Shown: in pieces, positions 47,682-56,961 of the stretch | How positions within the stretch are numbered: position 1 is the stretch's first letter | Layout: each line of letters begins with the position of its first letter | NCBI GenBank assembly: GCA_020445335.1 | Contig: JAGRGU010000051.1 | Coordinates: 125 to 64,124, forward strand | Source of the DNA: Gammaproteobacteria bacterium | GTDB taxonomy: Bacteria; Pseudomonadota; Gammaproteobacteria; Chromatiales; Chromatiaceae | Reading direction: 5' to 3' | Length of the DNA stretch: 64,000 nt | Notes under the pieces: generated by a model | Database searches by the model: none | Told to the model about the DNA's origin: nothing | Seen by the model: the letters and a program-made list of their open reading frames with translations, nothing else | Translations under genes and position numbers: made by a program

Positions 47682-48409
47682 GGGGTTGCCGCGCGGTCGC
47701 TGACGCGGGCTGCCAGAATATAGCCGGCGCCGCGTACCGTCTTGATGATGGCGGGTGACCTGGGGTCCTCTTTCAAGCGTCGCCTGAGCCGACTGATCAG
47801 CACGTCGATGCTGCGGTCGAACGGGTCTGCCTCGCGCCCCTGGGTCAGATCGAGCAGCTGGTCGCGGTTGAGCACCCGGTTGGGGTGGTCCAGCAGTACC
47901 GACAAAAGACGGTACTCGGCGCCGCTCAACGGCACGATCGCGCCTTGTGGATTCTTCAGGTGCCGGGTGAACGGGTCCAGCGTCCAGCCGGCGAAGCAGC
48001 GCGCCCTCTCGCCGCTCTCCTCGCGTGTGTAGGGGAGTTCACGGCTGCGCTTCAACACGGTCTTGGTTCGGGCCAGCAGCTCACGCGGGTTGAAGGGCTT
48101 GGGCAGGTAGTCGTCGGCGCCCATCTCCAGGCCGAGGATGCGATCCATCTCATCACCTCGGGCGGTGAGCATGATGATCGGAATCCGCGACTGCGCGCGC
48201 AGGTTTCGGCAGAGCTCCAGCCCGTCCTCTCCCGGCAGCATCAGGTCCAGAATGACCAGATCGATGGCGGCCTGCTCCAGCATCTGGCGCATGGCGCGTC
48301 CGTCGCCGACCGCGAGAGCGCGGTAACCGTTGTTGACGAAATACTGCTCGAGCAGGTTGCGGATCTCGGGGTCGTCGTCGACGATCAGGATCTGTGCCGC
48401 TTGTTCCAT
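47678..48409 (-). CDS. ompR: OmpR-family response regulator
   Basis: ILIVDDDPEIRNLLEQY...LDLMLPGEDGLELCR..IIMLTARGDEMDRILGLEMGADDYLPKPFNPRELLAR closely parallels E. coli OmpR. The ATG at 48409 is preferred over TTG at 48427. Confidence 0.9.
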   Translation of the reverse strand: MEQAAQILIVDDDPEIRNLLEQYFVNNGYRALAVGDGRAMRQMLEQAAIDLVILDLMLPGEDGLELCRNLRAQSRIPIIMLTARGDEMDRILGLEMGADDYLPKPFNPRELLARTKTVLKRSRELPYTREESGERARCFAGWTLDPFTRHLKNPQGAIVPLSGAEYRLLSVLLDHPNRVLNRDQLLDLTQGREADPFDRSIDVLISRLRRRLKEDPRSPAIIKTVRGAGYILAARVSDRAATP

Positions 48410-48517
48410 AGCGGTGTTATATCCCAATCCAACCCACGCTGCCCGCCGAATGTGTAAGACACTGTTGCATTAGGTAAATTGTTACAGTGGGTTACAAATC
48501 CGCCGCCGGTGCTGTCA

Positions 48518-48925
48518 CTAGCGCAGCTGAATGTCGAACTCCGGCGGATCGAACATATGCTTCTTCACCGTGCAGAGATCCATCGCCCGCTGTATGCCGC
48601 CCCGGTATTTTTCCGGAAAGCCCTCCGGCAGCTTGAGCTCGAGCGTCATGCGGGTGATCATCTTCTTCGCCGGATCCCGTTCGCAAGCCAGTTGCAGCGC
48701 CAGTCCCGCGGTTGAGAGCTCCCGCTTCTGGCAGAAACTGAGCGCGAAAATTCCGGCACAGTTGGCGATCGATGCGAGAAAGAGGTCGAAAGGCTCCGGC
48801 GCGGCGGCATCCCCGCCGTGCTCGATCGACTGGTCCGTCTCGATCAGAAACTTGCCGATGCGGGCATCCACGCGCTTCCCTCCGGGAAATTCAACGTTGA
48901 CGATCTCAGCTTGCATTTCACTCAT
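48518..48925 (-). CDS. OsmC/Ohr-family peroxiredoxin-like protein
   Basis: 135 aa. PEPFDLFLASIANCAG and MDLCTV Cys contexts are typical of the OsmC family. Confidence 0.8.
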   Translation of the reverse strand: MSEMQAEIVNVEFPGGKRVDARIGKFLIETDQSIEHGGDAAAPEPFDLFLASIANCAGIFALSFCQKRELSTAGLALQLACERDPAKKMITRMTLELKLPEGFPEKYRGGIQRAMDLCTVKKHMFDPPEFDIQLR

Positions 48926-49018
48926 GTTGTTGGGCCTCCAGGTGCCGAAGTCAGTGTTTTATTGGTTCTGTTCGCTCAGATCAGGGTTGCTTCCGGATCT
49001 GTGTCAGGCGCCTGCTCC

Positions 49019-50749
49019 TCAGCCCGGATGCAGAGGCGCCAGAGTGTCGATTTGCGGAGCGGCGGGCTGTGACTCTCTCTGGCTGCGCTTTTGCAACCGC
49101 TGCCATAGGGCGCCGCCCTCCCAGATTGGCGTGTCGGCGGCGTAGAGCGTCTGCTCGAGGTCGGCGATGGCGCTCGCGACCGCCTCGTCGTCGAGTAGCC
49201 GCGCCAGATGAGCCAGCGAACGCGGCGGCGAATCGGGCCAGCGACGCTGCGCCCACGCCAACAGCGCGCGCTGCGTCGCCAGCGGGTCGTTTCTGGAGCA
49301 GGCCGCCCCGATTTCAGACAGGGTCGGGGAGGCAGCCTGTCGTGGTGCCGTTCCGGAGCGACGTGACGGCTGTTGCCGGCGCCAGGCGCTGTAGCCCCAG
49401 GCGAGCGATGTAAGCAGCCAGCCCGCGGCGAGCAGCCAGACGAGCCACGACGCGACAGCTTCTCCCGGCACCGCTGCCGGAATTCGGCTGGCCGGTGCGG
49501 ACGCAACTGCGCGGGCATCGACTGCAGGATCCCTCCCAGGCGTGGTAGTCGCTGCCGCCGGCTGTACGTCAATGGTTCGTGGCGCGATCTCGGCCCGTTC
49601 CATGCGCCCCTTGTCGATGTTCCACCAGGGTATGCTGATGGCGGGGAGGGTATAGCGGCCCGGCCGGTTGGGTATGATGGCGATTTTGCTCTCGCGCACG
49701 CCGGTGATGCCATCCCTGTCGGCACGATCCTGCAGCTGCGGCTGATCCGGATACTGTTTCAGTTCGGCCGGGAGCATCTGCTCGAACTCGGGCAGTTGCG
49801 CCGATGTGAGGCCGTCGGCGAACAGCATCAGCGTACGGGTGATCGGCTCGCCCACCTTCCACTCCGTGGGTGGCTTGCTCCAGGTTTCGGTCAACTGCAG
49901 ATTGCTGCTCGGCAGCCAGGGTTGACCCGCCGCCCGCTGCGGTCGGGGCAGAATCTCCAGGGTGAGCGCGCGCGACTGCAGCCGCGTGATCTTCCCCGGT
50001 TGCTGAAAGCTGTCGAACGGCAGCGTGAGCAACCTGTTGTTGCGTCGGCGGGACTGCATGATCTCGCCCTCGAACTTCAACGGCGACAGCTCGAGTCTTC
50101 CCGAGTGGCTGGGGAATAGCGCATAGCGTCGCTCCACCACAGTGTAGCGGCGTTGACTGATCTGGCTCTGATACTGCTGGTCTTCACCCAGTTTGTGGAT
50201 CAGGATATCGGGGTCGTTGCTCTGCGGCGGACTGAGCGATGCGTTCTCGGTCGAAACGCCGCGATAGAGCCGCACGCTCAGTATCACCTGCTGCCCGGGA
50301 TAAGCCTGTTCGCGATCGACCTCGACCTTGAGGAAAATATCGTCGCCGGCGACCGCCTCTTTTGCCGGAGCTGCCTCGTTGACGGTGAGCGTGATCGGAT
50401 CGGTGCTCTCCCCGCCGACACTGATCGAGGGGATCGTCAGCTGCCCGATGCGTTTAGGCTGCATCATCAGGTTCCACCGCTGCATGCGGTTAACCTTGCC
50501 GTTGATGATCTGCATGTTCTTCGCCTGGCTGCGGTTGACGATCTGGAAATCCCGCTCGAGCATGCTGAAGTCCGGGTCGCCGGCCTGCTCGGTGTCGCTG
50601 AAAATGGAGAGCTGAAAAGTTTCGCCCAAGGTGATTTCGTTGCGCGAAACAGCCGCTCTAAGCCCGTCCGCGCAGACTGCCGCGCTCTGCAACAGTAGGA
50701 GCAGTGTTATCGTCAGGAGACGTGAGCAGGGTATTCGATCTCTGTTCAT
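49019..50749 (-). CDS. batD: BatD-like protein (last gene of the Bat/MoxR operon)
   Basis: Signal peptide, beta-rich body, C-terminal TM (WLVWLLAAGWLLTSLAW). Position after batA/batB. Confidence 0.7.
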   Translation of the reverse strand: MNRDRIPCSRLLTITLLLLLQSAAVCADGLRAAVSRNEITLGETFQLSIFSDTEQAGDPDFSMLERDFQIVNRSQAKNMQIINGKVNRMQRWNLMMQPKRIGQLTIPSISVGGESTDPITLTVNEAAPAKEAVAGDDIFLKVEVDREQAYPGQQVILSVRLYRGVSTENASLSPPQSNDPDILIHKLGEDQQYQSQISQRRYTVVERRYALFPSHSGRLELSPLKFEGEIMQSRRRNNRLLTLPFDSFQQPGKITRLQSRALTLEILPRPQRAAGQPWLPSSNLQLTETWSKPPTEWKVGEPITRTLMLFADGLTSAQLPEFEQMLPAELKQYPDQPQLQDRADRDGITGVRESKIAIIPNRPGRYTLPAISIPWWNIDKGRMERAEIAPRTIDVQPAAATTTPGRDPAVDARAVASAPASRIPAAVPGEAVASWLVWLLAAGWLLTSLAWGYSAWRRQQPSRRSGTAPRQAASPTLSEIGAACSRNDPLATQRALLAWAQRRWPDSPPRSLAHLARLLDDEAVASAIADLEQTLYAADTPIWEGGALWQRLQKRSQRESQPAAPQIDTLAPLHPG

Positions 50750-50771
50750 TGCGCTGTCTGCATCTTTAGGT

Positions 50772-52583
50772 TTACCAGGGTTGCGGTTCGGTCATCCCCT
50801 GATACTGCTGGCCGTATTGGTATTTGAACTTGCGCCTCAGCAGTCCCGAGGGATCGTCGGGGATCCGTTTTAGCCACTGTTCCGCCGCTTCCTGCAATTG
50901 GGCTTGCTGATCGGGGGGGACGCTTGCAGTGGTGGTTGCCGCCGACTGCGTCTGCGCCTCTTCGACAGCTTCTGAGGCCGGCGTGCCGGAATGCTGCTCC
51001 GGGGCCTCCTCCGGTGAGGGTGTCTCGGTGGCATGGTCCTGAGGCTGCGCCTGTTGCTCATCCTCTGGCGGATTGTCGGGAGAGGGGGGGACGTCTCCGT
51101 GGGCATCGTCACCTTTGCGCTCTGCGCTCTGCGTTGACTGCGCAGCGCCGCTCTCAGCCGCCGACCCCTCTTCATCCTGGTTATACTCTGGTTGCTGCTG
51201 TTGCTGCTGTTGCTGCTGTTGCTGCTGTTGCTGTTGCAACGCCTTCTTTACCAGATCGCGGTTGTGGATCGTGTCCCCATCGTCAGGTCGCATTTTCAGT
51301 GACGTTTCGTAAGCCTGCAGCGCCTCCTGCAGCTGCCCCAGCCGGGCCAGTGCATTGCCGCGATTATAGTGGGCATCGGCGCCATCGAGCATGCGCAGAT
51401 TCTCCAGGCTCTGCTGAAAGTTGCCGGCACGGTAGTGCGCCGCCGCGCGCCAGGCGGGATCTTCGAACCGTGCTGCGGCCGCCTCAGGATCGCCGTCGTG
51501 CAGCAACGCTTGTGCCTGCTGATCGGGGCGTTGCCAAAGATCCTGCCAGAGTCCGGCGTTCACCGGTTGCGGCAGCGGCAGCGTCACTATCAGCAGCGCC
51601 AGATATCCGCGACGGAACGCCAATGCGGCAAAGGGCAGTAAAATGAGAAGCAGCCAGGGGCCCTCCTCTTGCCATCGATCGCCGCCGAAGACGCGCTCGC
51701 CACGCTCCGCCAGCAGATCTTCCGAACCCATGCTGCCTAGTAGTCGACGCACGTCACTGTCATTGGCGCTGATGCGTTGATAGCGGCCGCCGGCGTTTTG
51801 CGCCAGCCTGGCCAGGTTCGACTCTTCGAGTCGATCGATCACGATGTTGCCGTTGCGGTCGAGAAGATAGCCGCCTTTGCCGGTGGGAATGGGGCCTCCC
51901 TCTTCGGTGCCGACACCGAGCACACTGACGGAATAGGCCGGATTGAGGCTGGTGCTTGCCTGCTGCAGCGCCTCTGTCGAGATACCGTCGCTGATCAGCA
52001 GCAGGTGCCCCCGCGTCACCGCAGCCTGCTGCAGCAGTTCGATCCCCTTCTGCAGCGCCAGGTCTGGCCTGCTCCCCTGGCTCGGCATGATGTCGCTCTG
52101 CAGTGCGCCGACCAGATTGCGGATCGTCCCCTGGTCGTCGCTCAACGGTGTGACGACAAAGGGTTGCGCGGCATAGACGATCAGCGCAGTCTCTCCTTCG
52201 CGCCGCTGATCGAGGATCTCGAGAAGCTTGAATCTGGCCATTGCCAGTCGGCTCGGCTGCAGGTCGGTACACTCCATCGATGCCGAGAGATCCAGCAGGA
52301 TGACGAGCGAATGACGCTGCTTGAACAGTGGCTGTTCACGCTTGTTCCAGCTCGGTCCGGCGAGCGCGGCGACGACGATCACAGCTGCCAGCGCCAGCGC
52401 AACCATGCCGCGTCTGCCCTGGTAGGCACGGCCGGGAATCAGCAGGTACGGCAGCAGCGCAGCGTCGCAGATCCTCGCCAGGTTCGCATCGTGCGTGCGC
52501 CTGCGCGCGAGTAGCCAGATCAACAGCAGCAAGGGTGGTAACGCCAGCAACCACTCCGGGCGCAACAGGTGGAATTGGCTCAA
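50772..52583 (-). CDS. batB: BatB/BatC-like fusion: TM plus von Willebrand factor A domain plus TPR repeats, with poly-Gln and acidic tail
   Basis: MIDAS motif LLDLSASM. TPR-like AHYRAGNF..AHYNRGNALARLGQLQEALQAYE. TTG start overlaps the batA stop (TTGA). Confidence 0.8.
   Translation of the reverse strand: MSQFHLLRPEWLLALPPLLLLIWLLARRRTHDANLARICDAALLPYLLIPGRAYQGRRGMVALALAAVIVVAALAGPSWNKREQPLFKQRHSLVILLDLSASMECTDLQPSRLAMARFKLLEILDQRREGETALIVYAAQPFVVTPLSDDQGTIRNLVGALQSDIMPSQGSRPDLALQKGIELLQQAAVTRGHLLLISDGISTEALQQASTSLNPAYSVSVLGVGTEEGGPIPTGKGGYLLDRNGNIVIDRLEESNLARLAQNAGGRYQRISANDSDVRRLLGSMGSEDLLAERGERVFGGDRWQEEGPWLLLILLPFAALAFRRGYLALLIVTLPLPQPVNAGLWQDLWQRPDQQAQALLHDGDPEAAAARFEDPAWRAAAHYRAGNFQQSLENLRMLDGADAHYNRGNALARLGQLQEALQAYETSLKMRPDDGDTIHNRDLVKKALQQQQQQQQQQQQQQQPEYNQDEEGSAAESGAAQSTQSAERKGDDAHGDVPPSPDNPPEDEQQAQPQDHATETPSPEEAPEQHSGTPASEAVEEAQTQSAATTTASVPPDQQAQLQEAAEQWLKRIPDDPSGLLRRKFKYQYGQQYQGMTEPQPW
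51192..51236. repeat. Imperfect trinucleotide repeat (TTGCTGCTG)x4 plus TTGCTGTTG, encoding about 15 consecutive Gln in BatB/C
   Basis: Read directly. 45 nt of CAG/CAA codons on the coding (minus) strand. Confidence 0.9.
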
Positions 52584-53572
52584 GGATCCGCCCTCCGCAG
52601 CAGCGGCGCAGCGATCACCGCAGTCGCCAGCAACAAAGCCGCAGCCAGGGGCCAGGGGTAGAGTTCGCGCACAGGACGGTAGAGCTGCGCCTCCTGCGCG
52701 ACCGGTTCCAGCTCGTCGAGCAGTGCATAGATGTCGGTCAGCTCTTCGGTATTGCGCGCGCGGAAGTAGCGTCCGCCGGTGGTGCCGGCGATTCTCTTCA
52801 ACGCTGCTTCGTTGAGATCGCGCGACGGATTGATCACCTGGCTGCCGAACAGCGTCTGCATCGTGAGACGATCTGCGCCGATGCCGATGGTATAGATCTT
52901 CAAGCCGATCTGCCGCGCCAGATCGGCTGCTTTCTCGGGCTGTATGACACCTCCGGTATTGGCGCCGTCGGTCAGCAGAATCAGCACCCGGCTCTCCACC
53001 TTCTTGTCTCTCAGCTTCTTGATTGCCAGTCCGATCGCGTCGCCAATCGCCGTGCTCCCGCCGGCCAGTCCGATTGCCGACTCCTGCAGCAAGCGTCTGA
53101 CCGTCTCGCGATCGAAGGTGAGCGGCGTCTGCAGATAGGCCTGTTCGCCGAACAGAATCAGGCCGATGCGATCGCCAACGCGGCGACTGATGAAGTCGCC
53201 CGCCACCCGCTTGGTCACGGTCAGCCTGTCGATGTACTGTTGGTCGATGATGAAGTCACGCTCCTTCATGCTTCCCGAGAGGTCGACAGCGAGCATCAAG
53301 TCGCGCGCGTCGAGCGGCAGCGGAATCGGTTCGCCCAGCCACTGTGGGCGGGTGGTTGCGACAACCAGTAATGACCACGCGATAAGCGCGATCCAGAGCT
53401 GCCAGCGTCTGCCCGCGCCCTGCTGCCGCCGACCCGAGGTCAGCGCGAAGTCATCAAGCACCGGCACCCGCAGTGCCGCCTGCCGGCCGTGCTCGAGGGG
53501 CGCTGTGAACAGGCGCACCAGCAGCGGCAATGGCAACACCGAGAACAGCCAGGGCCAGGCGAACGCGATCAC
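52580..53572 (-). CDS. batA: BatA-like TM plus von Willebrand factor A domain protein
   Basis: MIDAS motif AVDLSGSM. N-terminal TM IAFAWPWLFSVLPLPLLV. The GTG start at 53572 overlaps the upstream stop (GTGA). The track ORF's longer N-terminus overlaps the DUF4381 gene and was rejected. Confidence 0.8.
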   Translation of the reverse strand: MIAFAWPWLFSVLPLPLLVRLFTAPLEHGRQAALRVPVLDDFALTSGRRQQGAGRRWQLWIALIAWSLLVVATTRPQWLGEPIPLPLDARDLMLAVDLSGSMKERDFIIDQQYIDRLTVTKRVAGDFISRRVGDRIGLILFGEQAYLQTPLTFDRETVRRLLQESAIGLAGGSTAIGDAIGLAIKKLRDKKVESRVLILLTDGANTGGVIQPEKAADLARQIGLKIYTIGIGADRLTMQTLFGSQVINPSRDLNEAALKRIAGTTGGRYFRARNTEELTDIYALLDELEPVAQEAQLYRPVRELYPWPLAAALLLATAVIAAPLLRRADP

Positions 53573-54063
53573 CCTGTACCGCCCCCGCCGCTTGCCCCAA
53601 TCCGGGTGATCCACTCGCGGCTCAGTTCGAATAGCGGCTCTGGATTGGTGCTGCAATCGGGGCGGTAGGGGGCCTCTGTCAGCAACGCCCCGATTTCGCT
53701 GCGAAAAGCGGGCATACCGCCTGCCTCTACGAGAGAACGGTCGAGAAACTCCAACCATTCGCTACCTGTCAGCGCAGCCACCTCAGGCCGCGGATAGCGA
53801 CTCAGCGCGATGCGTCGAAGCAGGCTGGAGAGTTGTTGCATCACACGTTTCGAGTCGCCGCTCTGCTGATACTCGGCCTGCAGTCGGTTCAGCGCGCGCA
53901 ACCCCTCGCGCCTCAGCCGGGTGTTCCTGCGCCGGCGTTGCGCCAGCCGATAGAGTGTAAGAGCGAGAAGCAGCAGCGCCAGCAGCCACCACCAGCCGGG
54001 TGCCGGTGGCCACCAGAAAACCGGCTCCGGCAGATGAATGTCACGCAACGGCAGATCCGTCAT
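53569..54063 (-). CDS. DUF4381-like small membrane protein
   Basis: LPEPVFWWPPAPGWWWLLALLLLAL TM followed by a basic stretch. Canonical position between the DUF58 and batA genes. Confidence 0.7.
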   Translation of the reverse strand: MTDLPLRDIHLPEPVFWWPPAPGWWWLLALLLLALTLYRLAQRRRRNTRLRREGLRALNRLQAEYQQSGDSKRVMQQLSSLLRRIALSRYPRPEVAALTGSEWLEFLDRSLVEAGGMPAFRSEIGALLTEAPYRPDCSTNPEPLFELSREWITRIGASGGGGTG

Positions 54064-55022
54064 CGGGCAACGCCGCCCAGATCGTCGCGCAGGACGCGGT
54101 AGAGATCATCGTCGGTGGCGCAGTGTATGAGGTGCATCCGCTGCCGACGGCAGAACTCCGTCAATCGCTCCCGCTGCGCCTCGCTGCGGTTTTGGTACTC
54201 GCGCAGGAAGCTGCTGCTGGCGCTGTCGATGGCGAGCAGACGCGTGCCGTCGCTGACGGTGTAGCGGCCTGCCATCGGCAGTTCCGCTTCCAGCGGATCG
54301 AATATGCGGATCATCACCAGATCGTTATGGCGCGCCAGCAATGTTAGATGGTGCTCGGCTGCCGCATCTAGATCGCGGAAGTCGCTTAGCAGGATCAGCA
54401 GAGAGCCCGGCCGGTTGACCCGGCAGAGCCTCGCCAGCGCATCACCGGCGGCGGCACTGCGTTGCGCGGATGTGCTGCTAACCGTATGTGGTTCTGCATA
54501 CTCGGTCAGCAACCCGATCAGCCGCAGCATGCCGCGCTCGTCGTGGCGTGGCCGTAACTCCTGGTGACCATCTTCCGAGAAGAGGAGAGCGCCGAGCCGG
54601 TCTCCCAGTGCCCGCGCGCTCCAGCCGATCATCGCTGCGGCTTCGCTCGCCACTATCGATTTGAAGCGGCCGCGGGTGGCGAAAAACATCGGTGAGCGGT
54701 AGTCCACCCAGAGCGTGACGACGCGCTCTTTCTCCTCGCGGAATAGCTTGGTATGCGGCCGACCGGTGCGCGCGGTGATGCGCCAGTCGATGTTGCGGAT
54801 CTCGTCGCCAGCCTGGTAAGGACGGGCTTCGTCGAACTCCATGCCGCGTCCCTTGAAGCGCGAGAGATGTGCGCCGCCCCCGCTGCTGCGTACCCGGATC
54901 GCGCGCAGAGAAAGTGACTCTCCCTCCCGCTTGAGGCGCAGCAGCGCTTGCTTGCCAACCCGTACCACGCCCTCGCCGTCGGCGATACTCCTACGGCTCT
55001 CACTGCCCACGACGCCGCTCAT
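54060..55022 (-). CDS. DUF58 domain protein (MoxR-associated, VWA-like)
   Basis: FKGRGMEFDEARPYQAGDEIRNIDWR is the DUF58 signature. ATGA overlaps at both ends. Confidence 0.85.
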   Translation of the reverse strand: MSGVVGSESRRSIADGEGVVRVGKQALLRLKREGESLSLRAIRVRSSGGGAHLSRFKGRGMEFDEARPYQAGDEIRNIDWRITARTGRPHTKLFREEKERVVTLWVDYRSPMFFATRGRFKSIVASEAAAMIGWSARALGDRLGALLFSEDGHQELRPRHDERGMLRLIGLLTEYAEPHTVSSTSAQRSAAAGDALARLCRVNRPGSLLILLSDFRDLDAAAEHHLTLLARHNDLVMIRIFDPLEAELPMAGRYTVSDGTRLLAIDSASSSFLREYQNRSEAQRERLTEFCRRQRMHLIHCATDDDLYRVLRDDLGGVAR

Positions 55023-56002
55023 CAGGGCACGGCCACCCTCGCCAGCAACTCTTCTATGAGACGCGTCTTGGTAACGCCGTCGGCCTCCGCCTCGTAGCTG
55101 AGCAGCAGACGGTGGCGCAAAATGTCCGGAGTCAGCGCCTGGATATCCTCGGGGGTGACGAAGTCGCGGCCGGCCAGCCAGGCGTGCGCGCGGGCGCAGC
55201 GGTCGAGCGCGATGGTGGCCCGCGGACTGGCGCCGTATTCGATCCAGGCAGCGAGATCCTCGCCGTAACGCGCTGGGGTTCGGGTCGCCAGAACCATCTC
55301 CAACAGGTAGCTCTCGAGCGTCGGCGCCAAATGCACCTGCAGCACCTGATCACGGGCTTCGAACAGCGTCTGCTGCGTCACCGGCGCGGCTGGAAGCGCT
55401 ATACCGGCATTCCCTATTGCTTCGTTGCGGGCGAGCTGGAGGATTTTCCGCTCGGCCTCCGCGTCCGGGTAGTCGATGCAGACATGCATCAGGAAACGGT
55501 CGAGCTGTGCCTCCGGCAGCGGGTAGGTGCCCTCCTGCTCGATCGGATTTTGGGTCGCCATCACCAGAAACAGCGCGGGAAGGGGGTGGGTGACCGAGCC
55601 GATAGTGATCTGGCGTTCGGCCATCGCCTCCAGCAGGGCCGACTGAACTTTTGCCGGCGCCCGATTGATCTCGTCGGCCAGGATCAGGTTGTGAAACAAA
55701 GGGCCGCGCTGAAAGGCGAAGCTGCCGTCCTGCGGATGAAAGACATCCGTTCCGGTGAGATCGGCGGGAAGCAGGTCGGGAGTGAACTGCACACGGTGGA
55801 AGTCGCCGGCAATACCGTCGCCGAGAACCTTGATCGCGCGCGTCTTGGCCAGTCCCGGCGCGCCTTCGACCAGCAGATGGCCGTCGGCCAGCAGCGCAAT
55901 CAGCAGGCGGTTGATCAGTACTTCCTGACCGATGATTTGTTGACTGATGTGTTGTTCGAGGGCGTGTATCTGCTGCTGCGCTGACATCTCTGTTTTCTGC
56001 AT
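55022..56002 (-). CDS. moxR: MoxR-family AAA+ ATPase
   Basis: Walker A EGAPGLAKT, Walker B ILADEINRA, ATQNPIEQEGTYPLPEAQLDRF. Confidence 0.92.
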   Translation of the reverse strand: MQKTEMSAQQQIHALEQHISQQIIGQEVLINRLLIALLADGHLLVEGAPGLAKTRAIKVLGDGIAGDFHRVQFTPDLLPADLTGTDVFHPQDGSFAFQRGPLFHNLILADEINRAPAKVQSALLEAMAERQITIGSVTHPLPALFLVMATQNPIEQEGTYPLPEAQLDRFLMHVCIDYPDAEAERKILQLARNEAIGNAGIALPAAPVTQQTLFEARDQVLQVHLAPTLESYLLEMVLATRTPARYGEDLAAWIEYGASPRATIALDRCARAHAWLAGRDFVTPEDIQALTPDILRHRLLLSYEAEADGVTKTRLIEELLARVAVP

Positions 56003-56214
56003 CCATGAAAGGCCCGGAACGGGATCTGGTACCGCCGGTTCGGGCCGTGGGGTGACGCCGGTGGGTGGTTTCAGCCTGGCCTTTAAACCGCAGGGCCCGG
56101 CTACCGACCGAGGAAGCGAAGAGAGTTTCTCCCCGTACTCCAGCGCCCGATTATCGCCTCTGTCTGACCAGGAGTCGAGGCGTGGGTTCCGTTGATTTCA
56201 GCAGCGATGTCGAA

Positions 56215-56817
56215 TCAGTGGTAGCGGCGCATCTGGCCGACCAGCACGCCCTGTATCCGCACTTGGTCCGGAGAGTATCGCAACGGCTCCATGGTCGCGT
56301 TTGCGGGATGGAGGATCACTTCGCCGGGGCGTTGTTCGATGCGTTTCAATGTGGCGTCGCAATCGTCGATCAGTGCGACCACGATCTCACCGTTGCGCGC
56401 CCGCTGACGCGCCTCCACGACGATGTGATCACCGTCCAGAATCCCCTCGTCGATCATAGAATCCCCCCTTACCTCCAGCACGTAGCAGTCGCCGTCGGTG
56501 CGCAGGAAGTTCGGAACCTGTAGAGATGTGCGCTGGTCGATCGCCTCGATTGGCCGACCGGCGGCGATCATGCCGAGAACCGGCAGCTCTGATTCCGGCA
56601 GCTGGTCGACCAGGCGGATGCCGCGTCGCTGATTGTTCATTGCCTCGACCAGACCGGCTTCGATCAAGGCCTGGATCTGCTTGTGGAGTGAGCCCTTCGA
56701 ACTCAAGCCGAGTGCGTTGCAGAGTTCGTCCAGCGTCGGTGGGTGGGGGAAATCATCTGCGTGGTTGACGAGGAAGTCGTAGATCTCCTGCTGTCGCCGG
56801 GTGAGTGCCTTGGACAT
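56215..56817 (-). CDS. lexA: LexA repressor
   Basis: MSKALTRRQQEIYDFL, cleavage site AAG (GMIAAGRPIEA), catalytic GDSM and LKR. 200 aa. Confidence 0.92.
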   Translation of the reverse strand: MSKALTRRQQEIYDFLVNHADDFPHPPTLDELCNALGLSSKGSLHKQIQALIEAGLVEAMNNQRRGIRLVDQLPESELPVLGMIAAGRPIEAIDQRTSLQVPNFLRTDGDCYVLEVRGDSMIDEGILDGDHIVVEARQRARNGEIVVALIDDCDATLKRIEQRPGEVILHPANATMEPLRYSPDQVRIQGVLVGQMRRYH

Positions 56818-56836
56818 GGATACGCTCTGCTGGTAG

Positions 56837-56858
56837 GTTCTCCTTGTGTTCTATTATA
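56837..56858 (-). promoter_or_regulatory. Candidate lexA promoter -10 box (TATAAT, complement of 56853-56858) abutting a GAAC-N7-GAAC direct repeat (complement of 56837-56851)
   Basis: Read directly. On the lexA strand: ...CCCCTATAATAGAACACAAGGAGAACC.... No CTGT-N8-ACAG was found in the 56818-56961 intergenic region. Confidence 0.3.
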
Positions 56859-56961
56859 GGGGTAAGCGTTGCCGCTGAAAAGGGCAGCGAATGGTCGACG
56901 GCAATTTGCGCGTTCGCTTATGGCAGAGCGACCGCTAAATGTGTCCCGGAGTGGGCGCCGG

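Noticed and set aside
53573-53758. Longer N-terminus of the BatA-like ORF (the track start is 53758).
   Set aside because: The extension overlaps the DUF4381 gene in another frame and is Arg-rich with no TM segment. The GTG at 53572 gives a GTGA stop/start overlap consistent with the other junctions in this operon and places the TM segment at the N-terminus.
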